In this document: positions 36,991 through 50,437 of the stretch, in pieces
Numbering within the stretch: the first letter of the stretch is position 1
Layout: every line of letters begins with the position of its first letter
DNA from: Octopus sinensis
Taxonomy: Eukaryota
DNA: 64,000 nucleotides
Assembly (NCBI RefSeq): GCF_006345805.1
Contig: NC_043011.1
Coordinates: 21,278,464-21,342,463, forward strand
Reading direction: 5' to 3'
Program-made: the position numbers and the translations under genes
The notes under the pieces: generated by a model
Databases searched by the model: none
What the model was told of the DNA's origin: nothing
What the model saw: only the letters and a program-made list of their open reading frames with translations

Positions 36991-38575
36991 CATTGCGTTT
37001 CAAATTATTAAACATTTGTTTATATTATTTAAAAACTACCTGTTGGAATTCAACGAAATTTCCATAGAATGAATGCAACAGTTATATGCGCGTGGTATGT
37101 AAACAATGTGAGGTTTTATACAAGTGTAAACAAACTGCAGGCGTTTGTATGATTCCCACGAACTTCCAATGTTCCAAATTTTTAACGAATGGTCTGATAA
37201 TCGTGTCATTATGAGTCGTAAATGTGACTTATTACTTCTGAACTGTTATTACTTCTGAACTTGAAAAAGGTAAATCAACATTAGAAATGTCTAAATTGAT
37301 TGGAAGATATCACCTAGGCTGTGAAAAAATTTGTTACAGCTCCTATGTAGACACGTAATAGAACCGACAAGGGTCAGTTGAGGGCTGTTTCTCAATGTTC
37401 TCTGTCACGAATTAAGCGTGAATCTGTAAGAAAGTCAAGTCTTACGAGTGGAGAATTTTTCAAGCGCATTGGCAAAATAACTATGTCCAGAACTACCCGA
37501 TGTGATCTTCTGAAAAAGGTCGGTAAACCAATGACGTCAGTTAAAAGGCCTCCTTTAAACAAAATACGCATATAAAATCGTCTGAAATGGGCAGAAGATA
37601 ACGTGAAGGTTAAATTTCAAAAGTTTTCTTTATGGATGTAACTTGTGCTACCCTTAACGGACCTGATGGTTGGAGCAAGGGATGGGTTATAAATGGACGA
37701 GATCGACAACAACGCTTGAGATGCTAAGAACCGGGAGAAGACATCATGATTTGGGCTGGTATTATTGGAGGCATTATGGTTGGTCCTTGGAAAGTGCCTG
37801 AAGGTGTTAAAATGACTGTGGGTATTTACATAACTTTTCTGAGGGAACACCTTGAACCTTGGTTTAAAAAGCAATGGATCACCTTCAAGAAAAGCATAAT
37901 ATTCATGCAAGATAATGCGCCTTTGCATTCAGTGAAGAAGACTACAGAGTATCTGCAACAATTAGGGTTCTGTGGATCTCGGAAGATGAAGTGGCCTGTC
38001 TGTTTGTCCAACTTTAACCCAACAGAAAACTTGTGAAGAAGTCTAAAGAGACGAGTTTACGAGAATGGAGGTCAATTTAGAAGCAAATATGAACTGTGGC
38101 AGGCAATAGTGGATGTATCCCGTGGTACAACACCAGAGGAGATCCAGAAATTAGCTTGTTCCATAGAGCAGCACCTTTTCTAACTTATTTCAAACAATGA
38201 CTCATATATCCATAATCAACCAGTTAACCAGCCATTTTTGAACGTAGTTTACTTGTTTATTCCTATTTATTTTATCCCTATTTCTTCCATGTTTATGACG
38301 GTATGTGTTCATTTCAGTAAGTACATCAAACAAATTGATATTTTCCTGTTTACATGAGTTCTAATTACCCCTCGCTAACAATTTGAAACAGTGAAAGTTT
38401 ACGTAAATTTAGTAAATGGCCATAGTTTCTGTTTTACGAAACTTCACGTTTTTTTACTCTCAGCGTGCATATAACTGTTACCATCATTCTGTGAAAATGT
38501 CGTTGAATTCGAACAAGTAGTTTTTTTTTAATAAAATGAAAGAATGTTACGTCGTTAATAATTTGAAACGCAGTG
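36991..38575 (+). mobile_element. Tc1-like DD34E transposon (Passport-like), full length 1585 bp, decayed
   Basis: 21-bp TIR CAYTGCGTTTCAAATTATTAA, TA flanks; ATLNGPDGWSKGW, MIWAGII, IFMQDNAPLH, WPVCLSNFNPTENL; in-frame stops. Confidence 0.92.
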
Positions 38576-38635
38576 TACACACACACATACACACACACAC
38601 ACACATTATATAATATATATATAATTATATAATAT

Positions 38636-38677
<42 letters not shown>

Positions 38678-38744
38678 ATATATAGGGAGAGTTACGAAAA
38701 AAACAAAAGACGAAGACAGGTGGTGTATGCATATATATATATAT

Positions 38745-38800
<56 letters not shown>

Positions 38801-38965
38801 CATATATATATGCATACACCACCTGTCTTCATCTTTTGTTATATATATATCAGAGTAAGCACATAATGTGAACGAGGTAGGAAAGAATAGTACTCGAATA
38901 CTGGATGTAGAGTAATATGCTTTATTATTAAAGCTGCAAAAACATCACAAAAATATCACAAAAAA

Positions 38966-39003
38966 CTGCTACTCAGAGTTTCACGTTCTTGTTCGTCGGA
39001 CAG
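38966..39003 (-). ncRNA. Minimal HHR motif, CCGACGA core variant
   Basis: CTGT-CCGACGA-ACAAGAACGT-GAAA-CTCTGAG-TA-GCAG. Confidence 0.5.
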
Positions 39004-39363
39004 TTGTGATTAAGAATGGAACAAGAATGCAGGTTACATATATAAATATATTGTACAATTTATTGTACATTGAGATATACTTATTTGAATTTGGTTTCAT
39101 TTCATTGGTCGTTTCAAGTAACGGTTTTTTTTAAAGAAACGGTGATATAAAATTAAATATCGTATTGTGTAAAATCGACTTAGATAAGCACATCCACATG
39201 AATACATACATATATACACATAGCTACACACATGTATACACGCATACACATATACATATGCACATATATATATCTACATGCATATATACTTAAACATACA
39301 TACACAATACATATATACGCATACGTATATATTCAAATCTGTGTGTCTGGAGTATTGAATATT

Positions 39364-39753
39364 CTTTTCTACTCTAGGCACAAGGCCCGAAATTTTGGGG
39401 AAGGGGGGGGGCAGTCAATTAGGTCGACCACAGTACGGAACTTAATGTATCGACCCCGAAAGGATAAAAGGCAAGGTCGACCTCGGCGAAATTTGAACTC
39501 AGAACGTAAAGACAGACAAAATACATATTTCTTTACTACCCACAAGGGGCTAAACACAGAGAGGACAAACAAGGAGATTAAGTCGATTATATCGACCCCA
39601 GTGCGTAACTGGTACTTATTTAATCGACCCCGAAAGGATGAAAGGCAGAGTCGACCTCGGCGTAATTTGAACTCAGAATGAAACGGCAGACGAAATACGG
39701 CTACGCATTTCGCCCGGCGTGCTAACGTTTCTGCCAGCTCGCCGCCTTCTGAC
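39364..39753 (-). mobile_element. SINE family B dimer with 12-bp TSD
   Basis: GTATTGAATATT at 39352-39363 and 39754-39765. Confidence 0.88.
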
Positions 39754-40129
39754 GTATTGAATATTAATATAAGAATTGAAATAGAATAACAATAAATAAA
39801 AATAAAAATTATTGAAAGAAGAATAATTTCAGAGATATAGATTATATAAAATCAATTATAAAATTAAATTAAATTGCTAAAAATATAATTTTGTGTAATA
39901 TGAATTTGAGAATGAGTAAAACTTCGACATCGGCGAAATTTAAATCAGAAACTTAACTGGTGAAATACCGCTAAATATCTTGTCCAGTTCGCTAAAATTC
40001 TGCCAGCATCGTCGCCTTATTAACAATGATAATAATGATAAATAAATGCAATGAATGTAATAGGATTAAGTAATAGTAATAAAAATAATAAAAGAATTCA
40101 AAAAAAAAATAAAACAAATTACTAAAAGA

Positions 40130-41030
40130 ATCCATTCGGGTATTTGATATCTTTTAGACATTTGGAGCGATGCGATTGTAGATGCACTTTTATAGGTGTG
40201 CTTTAAAATATCAACTTTGAGAGGTATTTTATGGGCTAAATTGCAATGTAAAAAATTATATGGTTTAGAAAGGTACATTTAAAAGTAATAGCTACAATAA
40301 AATAATGAAAATAAAAATAATAACAATAAAAATAAAATAAAATAAAAATAAAAATCGAAATATGTACTTTTCTTGGACGGCGAAAATGTTACACGAAATG
40401 GCGCCGGTTTTTAGATGAAAAAGTCAAATTCAAATGCGAAAGTCAATGTTACCCGTACGATAATAATACCTATTTCTGGTTTAGCTGGGTTGATTATGTC
40501 GACATTTAGGGTTCCTGGTAAAACTAGTTTTGTGGTCTTTAAGAGTAATAAAGGTTGGCATGGGGAAAAGTATTCTATCCTATCACTAACATCAAGACTG
40601 GTAGTGATCTTCCTTGCTTTGATATTCATCTCTTTATATAAGTTAGTGTTAGCTTTTTTGTAGCTGTCTGTAATGCCATGAGAAAGAAACCGTTTGAAAA
40701 GATCTTTTTCAACCGCGTATAGGTTTTTTTAAATCGGAATTTACGAAAATCTTACCCGAATTCTTTATATTTCTAATATTATCATTCATAGTTCTCTGGA
40801 GCGAATTGCTGATTTTAAGCAATTTTATTCTTCTAATAAGTTCGAAAAGGTCTTTTTCAAAAGTTAATTAAAAAAATAGGTGGTGGGGTTTTTAGATTTA
40901 AGGCCATACTTGTTTCCGTTATTGCATTGCTTCTTCATGTCAAAGAAATAAGCTCGCCATCTCATTCTACGGATAAAATCTTCCGTTTTCTCAACTAGGT
41001 TTTTGAAATATTGCTTCTGCGTCGAGATGT
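40130..41030 (-). mobile_element. Penelope-like ORF N-terminal fragments
   Basis: QKQYFKNLVEKTEDFIRRMRWRAYFF..YGLKS, EKDLFELIRRI, (I)TLKDHK..NPAKPEIG; second fragment CNLAHKIPLK. Confidence 0.75.
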
Positions 41031-41334
41031 TAATAAGGCGACAACCCTGGTTGAATTTTAGCGAACTGGACAAGATATTTAGCGATATTTCACCAGTTGC
41101 TAAGTTTCTGATTTAAATTTTGCAGAGGTCGAAATTTTATTCATTTTCAAATTTATATTGCACAAAATTATATTTTTTAGCAATTTAATTTAATTTTATA
41201 ATTGATTTTATTTAATCTACACCCCTGAAATTGTTCCTTCTTTCAACAATTTTCATTTTTATTTATTTTTATTTATTCTTATTCTATTTTTATTTTTGTA
41301 TTATTATTCAATACACCACACACACAGTTTTGAA

Positions 41335-41755
41335 TGTATACATGTATGTATGTATGTATGTATGTACGTATGTATGTATGTATGTATGTATGTATGTGTA
41401 TGTATGCATGTATGTATGCATGCATGTATGTATGTACGTGTGTATGTATGTATGTATGTATGCATGTATGTATGTACGTATGTATGCATGTGTGTATGTA
41501 TGTGTGTATGTATGTATGTATGTATGCAGGTATGTATGTATGCATGTATGTATGTATGTACGTATGTATGTATGTATGTATGTGTGTATGTATGTATTAT
41601 GTATGCATGTATGTATGTATGTACGTATGTATGTATGCATGCATGTGTGTATGTATGTATGTATGTACGTATGTATGTGTGCATGTATGTATGTGTGTAT
41701 GTATGTATGTATGTATGTATGTATGTATGTATGTATGTATGTATGCAGGTATGTA
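41335..41755. repeat. (TATG)n microsatellite
   Basis: Direct reading. Confidence 0.95.
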
Positions 41756-42181
41756 TCAGTTCTTTACGTATTAGCGTACATATGTATATATGTTTTTGGT
41801 GTGTGTATGTATAAATGGATGCATGTATGCGTTTCCATGTGAATAACGTATGTCTATGTATTTTTATATTTATATGCTTTTGCATTTTCTGCAAGTGAAC
41901 ATGTTATTATAACAGACTCACGTTTTAATTAAATTTATTTTAAAATTAATTAATTTACCCTGGGCATGTATGTTTTTCTTTCTAAACTAAAATCTATATT
42001 CAATTTAAGGTTTTCTTCGATTTTACACAATATAATATTTAATCTTATATCATCGTTTCTTTAAAAAAACACTTGAAACGACCAATGAAATGAAACCAAA
42101 TTCAAAAGTGCATCTGCTAATGTAAATTGTACAATATATTCATACATATAACCTTAATTCTTGTCCTATTTTTAATCACAG

Positions 42182-42219
42182 CTGCCCGATGAACGGGAGC
42201 GTGAAACTCTGAGTAGCAG
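42182..42219 (+). ncRNA. Minimal HHR motif, CCGATGA core variant
   Basis: CTGC-CCGATGA-ACG ggag CGT-GAAA-CTCTGAG-TA-GCAG: 4-bp stem I, 3-bp stem II, near-palindromic stem III, GUA site. Confidence 0.6.
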
Positions 42220-42478
42220 ATTTTTGTGATATTTTTGTGAAGTTTTTGCAGTTTTAATAATAAAGTATGCATGTGGGACTGTATGCATGTACATATGTAT
42301 GTATGTATCTAAAATTGGCTATACCAATAAATGCTTAAGGCTAATTCTCGAAACTTTTAACATAGGTGTGCATATTTTCAGCTCAACCGACCACATAATG
42401 CACACATTATATATATATATATATATAAGTACATATATACGCATTATTTATATATATATATGTGTGTGTGTGTGTGTG

Positions 42479-42509
<31 letters not shown>

Positions 42510-42947
42510 TGTACGCATTATATATATAAATGTATACAAATTGTATATATATATATATATTTATATATATATAAATACAGATATATACACTTTGTATATA
42601 TACATTATATATACATATTTATATATAGAACACACACACACACATATAAATTAACCCAATAAATATCTGATTCATAATATATATTTTTTCTCATGATTGT
42701 GTGGTTGTGGTGGCGATGATAATTCTCTCTATGAATGCACACATACATAGAGTGAGAGAGAGTGTGACACCGCTGGTGAAGGCGGCGGGGGAAAGATAGT
42801 AAACTTTCCCTCGCTTTCTCTTACTCTCTATCTATCTCCCTCCCATTTATAAACAACAAAAGATCGTGAGTAAGTTGAGAAAGAAAATATTTTTATGCTT
42901 TTTAAACCCTTTGTCGTTATTCTCATTCACTCATTATTACTTTCTCT

Positions 42948-43097
42948 CTTCCTTTCACTTTCTCTCTATAACGTTATAGAGAGAAAGTGAAAGGAAGGGA
43001 TGTAGGACGCTGTTAAACGACGTTACAGAGAGAAAGTGAAGGGAAGTGATGTAGGACGCTGTGAAACGACGTTATAGATAGAAAGTGATGGGAAGGG
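42948..43097. repeat. Perfect 50-bp palindrome plus 49-bp minisatellite (about 2.5 copies)
   Basis: Arms 42948-42972 and 42973-42997; units start at 42971, 43020 and 43069. Confidence 0.9.
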
Positions 43098-43129
43098 AGG
43101 AAAGAGAGTGAGTGATGGAGGAAGACAGA

Positions 43130-43355
43130 TACATAAAAAAATGAGAGTAGACTTGTCAAAGTGCGTTTTTGGCCCTAGCATAGCAACGACACCTTTTAAG
43201 ATGGAGATTTCTAACCTAGCCCACTCGCATCCTCACCTTATTTTACACGTCCCTGTAAATTTTGGAGTCAATCCGACAGGATCTAGTGGCCTTTAACCCG
43301 TTCTCAATGCCAAAACCAGACAAACAAACAAACAAACTTTTCGCATTTCAGAATC

Positions 43356-43360
<5 letters not shown>
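43130..43360 (+). mobile_element. Helentron/DINE-like non-autonomous element, 3' part
   Basis: AAATTTTGGAGTCAATCC..(ACAA)n-CTTTTCGCATTT end motif typical of Lep1/DINE-like elements. Confidence 0.45.
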
Positions 43361-43404
<44 letters not shown>

Positions 43405-44659
43405 ATGTCTCGTCAAATGGCCCAAAAACGCATTGAAGAACGTACTTTGAATATTGTTAAGGCAATCGACAGTCTGACCGGTTTGTACAATGCAATTGTT
43501 CTTCTCTTGCAAAACCTCTTTTGGTAACAACCTGCACTAAAATTTTCTATACAAAAAACATTGGTTTTTATGAGAAATCCTTTCCCTATATGAAGAAGTT
43601 TCAGTAATATATAATTCAGTTTCCGTGGGTGTATGTAAAATCTACTTTGTGAAAGAATAAAAAAAAGCACTTGCTTTGTTCAAATCTGTATTTGTGTGTC
43701 TGCATGCGCGGATGCGTGCGTTTGTGTGTGTATTTGTATATGTGATAAATGCATATACATGTATACATATGCATACACACACACACACACACTCATACAC
43801 TCATACACACGCATGTATGTGTGTGTGTATGTGTTAAGAGACTATTTGTAAAATAGTACAGCTGTACAGAGGAGAGAACGAGGGAGAGAGAGAGTGTGTG
43901 TGAGGGACAGAGAGAGAGAGTGACGGACAAAGAGAGAGAGTGGGACAGAGCGAGGCGAAGAGTGAGTGAGCGCGTGAGTGAGTGAGTGAGTGAGTGAGTG
44001 AGTGAGTGAGTAAGATCTCGAAAGAGGGCAAATAACCACTGCTGCCGAAGAGAAGCTGAAAATCTTCGAACTGAAATTATGTAAAGAGATTGCTGCCAGT
44101 CTATACTTTCAGCGCTTCGTGACTAATAATCTATTTTTATAAAATTTAGAGTATCTACCACAATTTAGGAGGCCGTTCTTTGATTTTTTTTGATTTTTTA
44201 CATTTTAACTCTATCTTTTATCTTTTTCTTGTTTTGGCATTAGACTTTGGTTATGCTACAGCACCCCTTTGAAGACTTTATAGTCAAAGGAATCCACATC
44301 AGTACCTATAATTTTATCTTTAAGCCTACTTATTCCCTCGGTTTCTTTTACCGAAGTGTTAAGTTACGGGGATGTAAACACACCAACACTAGTTGTCAAG
44401 CGCTGTTGAGGGCCAAAAAACATACATACATACATACATACATACATACATACATTAGAAGAAAAGGACAACAAAAACCAAGGCAGGACGAGTATCTCAA
44501 GTCATTTATAATATTTTAGGGTAATGTGAATTTGAAGCCTTAGAGCTGTTTCTGAGATGTCCTATGTGATAAGCTAGCATGTCCGTACACTGGGTATTCC
44601 GCCACCAGAGACAAGGTGAGTACATATGAAAGTTCCAGTTTATAAGGAATAAAATAGAA

Positions 44660-44693
<34 letters not shown>

Positions 44694-44695
<2 letters not shown>

Positions 44696-45115
44696 TCTTT
44701 TTTTCTCTTTACTCTTTTTACTTGTTTCAGTCATTTGACTGCGGCCATGCTGGAGCACCGCATTTAGTCGAGCAAATCGACCCCGGGACTTATTCTTTGT
44801 AAGCCCAGTACTTATTCTATCGGTCTCTTTTGCCGAACCGCTAAGTGACGGGGACGTAAACACACCAGCATCGGTTGTCAAGCAATGCTAGGGGAACAAA
44901 CACAGACACACAAACATATTCACACACACTTATATATATATACATATATACGACAGGCTTCTTTCAGTTTCCGTCTACCAAATCCACTCACAAGGCATTG
45001 GTCGGCCCGGGGCTATCCGTCCTCCCATAGGCTTTGGTGTCACGCAGTGAGACTGAACCTGGAACTACGTGTTTGGGAAAAAGATTCATACCACACAGCC
45101 ACGCCTGCGCCTGCG
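44694..45115 (-). mobile_element. SINE family A, full length
   Basis: Head, internal slot and tail present. Confidence 0.88.
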
Positions 45116-45390
45116 CCTTTATTGAATTACAATTTAATTGCAAGGAAACAAACGCAGAAAGAGAAAAAAACAGGTTTGATTCAGGAGGCAGACGGTAGAT
45201 AGGAAGTGGCGGAGCAATGAACAATGTAGTACAAGTAAAATATCTCACAAACTAATTTGAATTCCCAGTATGTATGTATGTGTATATATATATATATATA
45301 GGGAGAATTCACAAAAAGAAACAAAGGACGAAGACAGGTGGTGTAGACAACAAACAGATGTATAAATATAACGCTCGGGAAGTGAAAAGG

Positions 45391-45428
45391 TCTTTAACGT
45401 TTCGAACCTACGCTCTTCCACAGAAAGG
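45391..45428 (-). ncRNA. Minimal HHR-like motif, CUGUGGA core variant (P1)
   Basis: CTTT-CTGTGGA-A-GAGC gtag GTTC-GAAA-CG-TT-AAAG. Confidence 0.5.
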
Positions 45429-45479
45429 AATACAGAAAGAAACAAGGAGAGAAAATAAAGAATGTGTAGTGGCTAGCGA

Positions 45480-45519
<40 letters not shown>

Positions 45520-46854
45520 GACACAAACACACACATATGCATATATCCAGGTAGGCTCGTATAGTGAAAAAATTGTCCATTCTTCCCGAACGTTAAAGTA
45601 ATACACCTACTTGTTGTTCCTACACCTGACTTTGTCATTTGTTTTATGTAAATTTGAATTATATGTGTGTGCGTGTGTGTGTGTGTGTGTGAGTGTGTAG
45701 ACATACATACATACATACATACATACATACATACATACATACATACATACATACATACATACATAGCTGTATACATGCAAACGAAGTGTCTGTATTTTGC
45801 ACAACTGAGAAGCAGTGGAAGTATATTTTGTAGCTTAAAAGGATCATTATGTCCAATAATTGGGCGCATTGACTGTAGTTGGGTTATTTTTTATGGTCTA
45901 GTGGTTAGCGTATCGACCTCTTGATCATGACATTGTAGGTTCGGTTCTTCGACTGAACAGTGCATTGTGGTGTTGTGCATGTTGCTTAATTTCACGTTGT
46001 TCCAGTCTATTGATTTGAAAATGAATGCCAACCGTCGATTGATGCTTTTCTCCCCCACCCCTACTAGTCTCTCTAGCTATCACATCTTAAATGTTCCGCT
46101 AGGTCAAAGTTGCGAGGGGCGAGTGAAAATCTATGTTTACTCGCAACTGCATAGATGACTGCAATTAACGAAAGCATAGTACTTGCTACCAGGTCAAACA
46201 CTCATACCAGTAATGGCTATGCTCCTCTGCTACAGTATATTTATTTATTAGCTTAATTGGATGGTAACCACGGAGCGAACTAGCATGCAACGTTGGAGAG
46301 CATTATAGGGAAAAAAACAGACATGTTCATTTAATTCTTAATGTGTAGGCCTTACTGATTTTACAAAGACTCCTCTACCGATAGCAATTGCAGATCTAAA
46401 ATTAAACAACCCACCTGTAAACTTCAAAGTCAGGGACGTGGTATGCAGCACGAGATGCATGGAAGTATATTGTTGAGATATAAATATAATATCAAAGAAC
46501 ACGAACGTGAACATAACGAACCCAGCATCTAAACACTCTATGTAGAAAGGACAACAATGCCTCTTTTACTCCAGATTGATATACAGCGTCGGAATAAAAA
46601 CGCTTTCTGTACATGCACACGGTCCGACAGTCACACTATTCACTGAGTCAGTGTACATACTAGACGCAGAAGCTGCCGAAGTGAGAGCTATAAGATCTGA
46701 CAATTCAACGAGGCAGTGTACTCAGTTTGTATCTACTACGTACATAGTAGACACAGAAGGTGATTCTATCCATCCTATTAACAGAAAGAATGAGAAGAGG
46801 GTTCTAAAAAGCCCCCATGCTCTAACACCACCATAGTCCAGCCATAATTAAAGT

Positions 46855-47080
46855 ATAATACAATTATCCTTTCTACTACAGAAACAAGGCCTGACATTTT
46901 GGGGGAGGGGTTAAGTCGATTACATCGACTCCAGTGCTCAACTGGTACTTATGTTACCGACCATGGAAAGATGAAAGCAAAGTCGGCCTCGGCGAAATTT
47001 GAAATCAGAACGTAACTACAGACGAAATACCACAAAGCATTTTTCCTGGCGTGGTAACGATTCTGCCAGCTCGCCGCCTT
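46855..47080 (-). mobile_element. SINE family B, old copy
   Basis: Matches family B. Confidence 0.8.
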
Positions 47081-47178
47081 AATGACAATGATAGTATTTA
47101 ACGCAATGTGGAGTAATCAATACTCTAGCACAATATAATTAATTAGTTACATTCTACAATATAACTAATTAACGACAA

Positions 47179-47228
<50 letters not shown>

Positions 47229-47351
47229 AGTGAGAGAGAGAGAGATAGGCAGACATATATGTGTGTGTGTTTGTGTATGTATAAACATATACGTATATAT
47301 ATATACATATATATATATATAAAATTAGAAAAATTTTATTCCCTCAAATAA

Positions 47352-47391
<40 letters not shown>

Positions 47392-47699
47392 ATAATTTTA
47401 TTTAATGTATGTATATATGTATACATATATGCTTGAATGTATGCAGGTGGGAAACTATCTGGATGTATGTTTTCATGAGTGTCTATGAATATTGTCGTAA
47501 CTATTTCAGGACGCAATTAATCGAAAGAATATTAAGAACCAAGGTAAACATTATCTAGTTGGCGCCACTAAGCAACATATCAATACGTATATTCAGTTAC
47601 CGATCTTTTGGGGACTGTGTTTCGCTGCATTTGTCGTCGTCGTCATCGTCGTTGTCGTTGTTGTTAATATTAACACCACAGATACCAGTCATAATTATG

Positions 47700-47930
47700 A
47701 GCATCCGAAAGAGCCTTTAGGTGATACTTCGAGCTGCTAGTGATATAAATCTTTTACCCCCCCCCACTCTCCATGGTGTTGTATAAGGAAAAGGGCACAC
47801 ATTTGATAATGTATTTCAAGAAAAAAAAATGTCTGAAAAAATAGGCGGGGCGGGCGAAGACTGGAATGCTTCTCTATGGTTTTCCACGGTTGGAATTGCT
47901 TTTGATCACGAATTTACTTGATCCCGATAG
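47700..47930 (+). mobile_element. Dispersed repeat family E (SINE-like, no tRNA head recognised)
   Basis: Shares GCTAG(A)AATAGCAG..CACATTGGATAATGTA..CTTTGATCA motifs with 52830-53040 (+), 55215-55435 (-), 21560-21680 (-), 17820-17890 (-) and 61630-61700 (+). Confidence 0.55.
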
Positions 47931-48372
47931 AGGTGTACCTTACCATCATCCTCATCATCATCACCACTTTTTTAAAGATGAAGCTCACAGTGATTAGAGC
48001 ATAGAATTAGCAACTGACCTTGTCTGATAATCAAACTCAGATGCCCTCCCCCACATTATGTACATTAAAATGGTGGCCGGGTTTCCAACCGAGGTGTCAC
48101 GATATCTTAGGTTACTGTTTGCAATAGTTAGGGGTGTAATGACATCCATTAAAAAAATTTTTATAGCTTATAATTTCCTCTACTGGATTGATAAACTTCA
48201 TCCATTATCCAGTTTAATGCCACCATCTTGTCTTTGGATGTATTTAGAAGAGTCCATTCCTTCGCAAACATTTGAGCCAAGTTTTGGTTTGAAGATATTT
48301 TCTTCCCTCTCTCCTGCAAGGTTTGGAGGCTTTGTAAAGGGTCATGAGTATTGTCCTTCCTACTAACTAAAC

Positions 48373-48608
48373 CAGTGTTCCCCCCACCCTGTGAACTCCT
48401 TTGGTTCCAATTTTACTCAGATAAACCTCCTAGTCATTCGATGTTTAAAAAAATTCCTTTATATTTTTATAATTAAATATTATGACGAATTGTAAAGCAA
48501 TTGTTAAAATATTGTTTCCTTAAGAAGTGGTAACTACAGATAAATTTTAACAAAATCTTGTATGGATCCCCACCCAAGAGCCACGTGGACCCCGGTTAAG
48601 AACCCCTG
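48373..48608. mobile_element. hAT-type MITE
   Basis: Termini CAGTGTTCCCC and reverse-complement CAGGGGTTCTT; 8-bp TSD AACTAAAC/AACTCAAC. Confidence 0.7.
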
Positions 48609-48769
48609 AACTCAACGATTGTGAAAAAAAAGGGTGTAGCACATAGGTAAATGGGGTGACGGAGTTACAAAAACTTTGGACATCAATATTGTATGGCGGA
48701 CATTTGCCCGGCTAGAAATCGTAACCAAATAACTCTCGAAACATACTGCAGGACAGTCTTGATCCTATG

Positions 48770-48957
48770 CTTTTCTTTATCTTTCTTAACTTGTTTCAGT
48801 CATTGGATTGCGGCCATACCGGAGCACCGCCTTGATTGGTTTAGTCGAACAAATCAACCCCAGCAGTCTGATACTTATTTTATCGGTCTCTTTGATCGAA
48901 CCGCTAAGTTACGGGAACTTGGTACAAATACAAGCGTGGGTACAGATACAAGCACAA

Positions 48958-49011
<54 letters not shown>

Positions 49012-49192
49012 AGATACATATTCACTTGTAATATGTATATGACGGGTTTCCACATAGTTTTCGTTTACCAAATTCATTCACAAGGCATTGGCCAACCCCG
49101 GTTTATATAGTAAAAGATGCCGCGCTGTGAGAGTGATCAAGTGAATCCGAAACTATGTGGTTGGAAAGCGAAATTCTTAATCACGAAGCCAC
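48770..49192 (-). mobile_element. SINE family A, diverged
   Basis: Matches family A, internal (CA)n. Confidence 0.8.
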
Positions 49193-49347
49193 ATAACTAA
49201 ATAAATAAATAAATAAAATAGTTTGTTGTTGGAATGTCTTTCGTCATAGAGCCCCTTGATCAGGGTTGAGTGGAGGGTTAAACGACCGCAGCACTAACAA
49301 CGTCTACAAGAGCGACTCTAAAATAGACTGGGCCGATTTGTTATCGT

Positions 49348-49388
<41 letters not shown>

Positions 49389-49480
49389 TTCATTACCGAT
49401 ATCGATATTTGTCATTGACGCTGTCCTTGCTGTCGTGCTACATATTTTGTATGTGTGTATATATATATATATAATATATA

Positions 49481-49602
<122 letters not shown>

Positions 49603-50242
49603 TATGTATGTGTATATATGTATATACATATGTATGTATGTATGTATGTATACACACACACATATATACATATATATGTGTGTGTGTGCGTAGAAAGAGA
49701 GAGAGAGAGAGACCACTGGTGATGGTGAGTTCCCGCAAATTATGATGTAGTCAACTCCCGGATGAAGCCAATTTCACATCACATTTTAAGTTCAAAATAA
49801 CGAGCTAATCGACTCCATTTTCACCTCATGGTCGATCAATTAATTAGCCATGTAATTATGCTATCAATTAACAGTGGAGCTCATTATCCTAAATGTATGA
49901 CCTTCTGCAAAAGTTAGAAATCATTGGTGGTTTAATAGAATCGTTAAGACCACCAGACAACATGTCGCTTAGTATTTAGTTACGGCTTAACCACACACCC
50001 TTGCTTTTCAAATTGCTGATGATACAAACTGAAAGTTACATATTACATTGTGAACAAGTATGTCTCTCGGCAAAAACTCAATTATATAATGATGTAAGGT
50101 TGAAGATTGGACTATAATTACCGATACAGTATCAATATAGCGTGAGCTTATACACACACATACTACATACATACATACATACATACATACATACAACTAC
50201 ATACATACATACATACATACATGCATACATACATGTATATAT

Positions 50243-50300
<58 letters not shown>

Positions 50301-50396
50301 ATACATACATACATATATATATACACACACATATATATATATATATATGTATGTATGTAGATGTATGTATGTATGTATGTATGTATGTATGTATAT

Positions 50397-50437
<41 letters not shown>

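Noticed and set aside
46300-46820. Possible fourth R4/Dong remnant (CRSC..CTQF..)
   Set aside because: Motifs are too degraded to support without a profile search.
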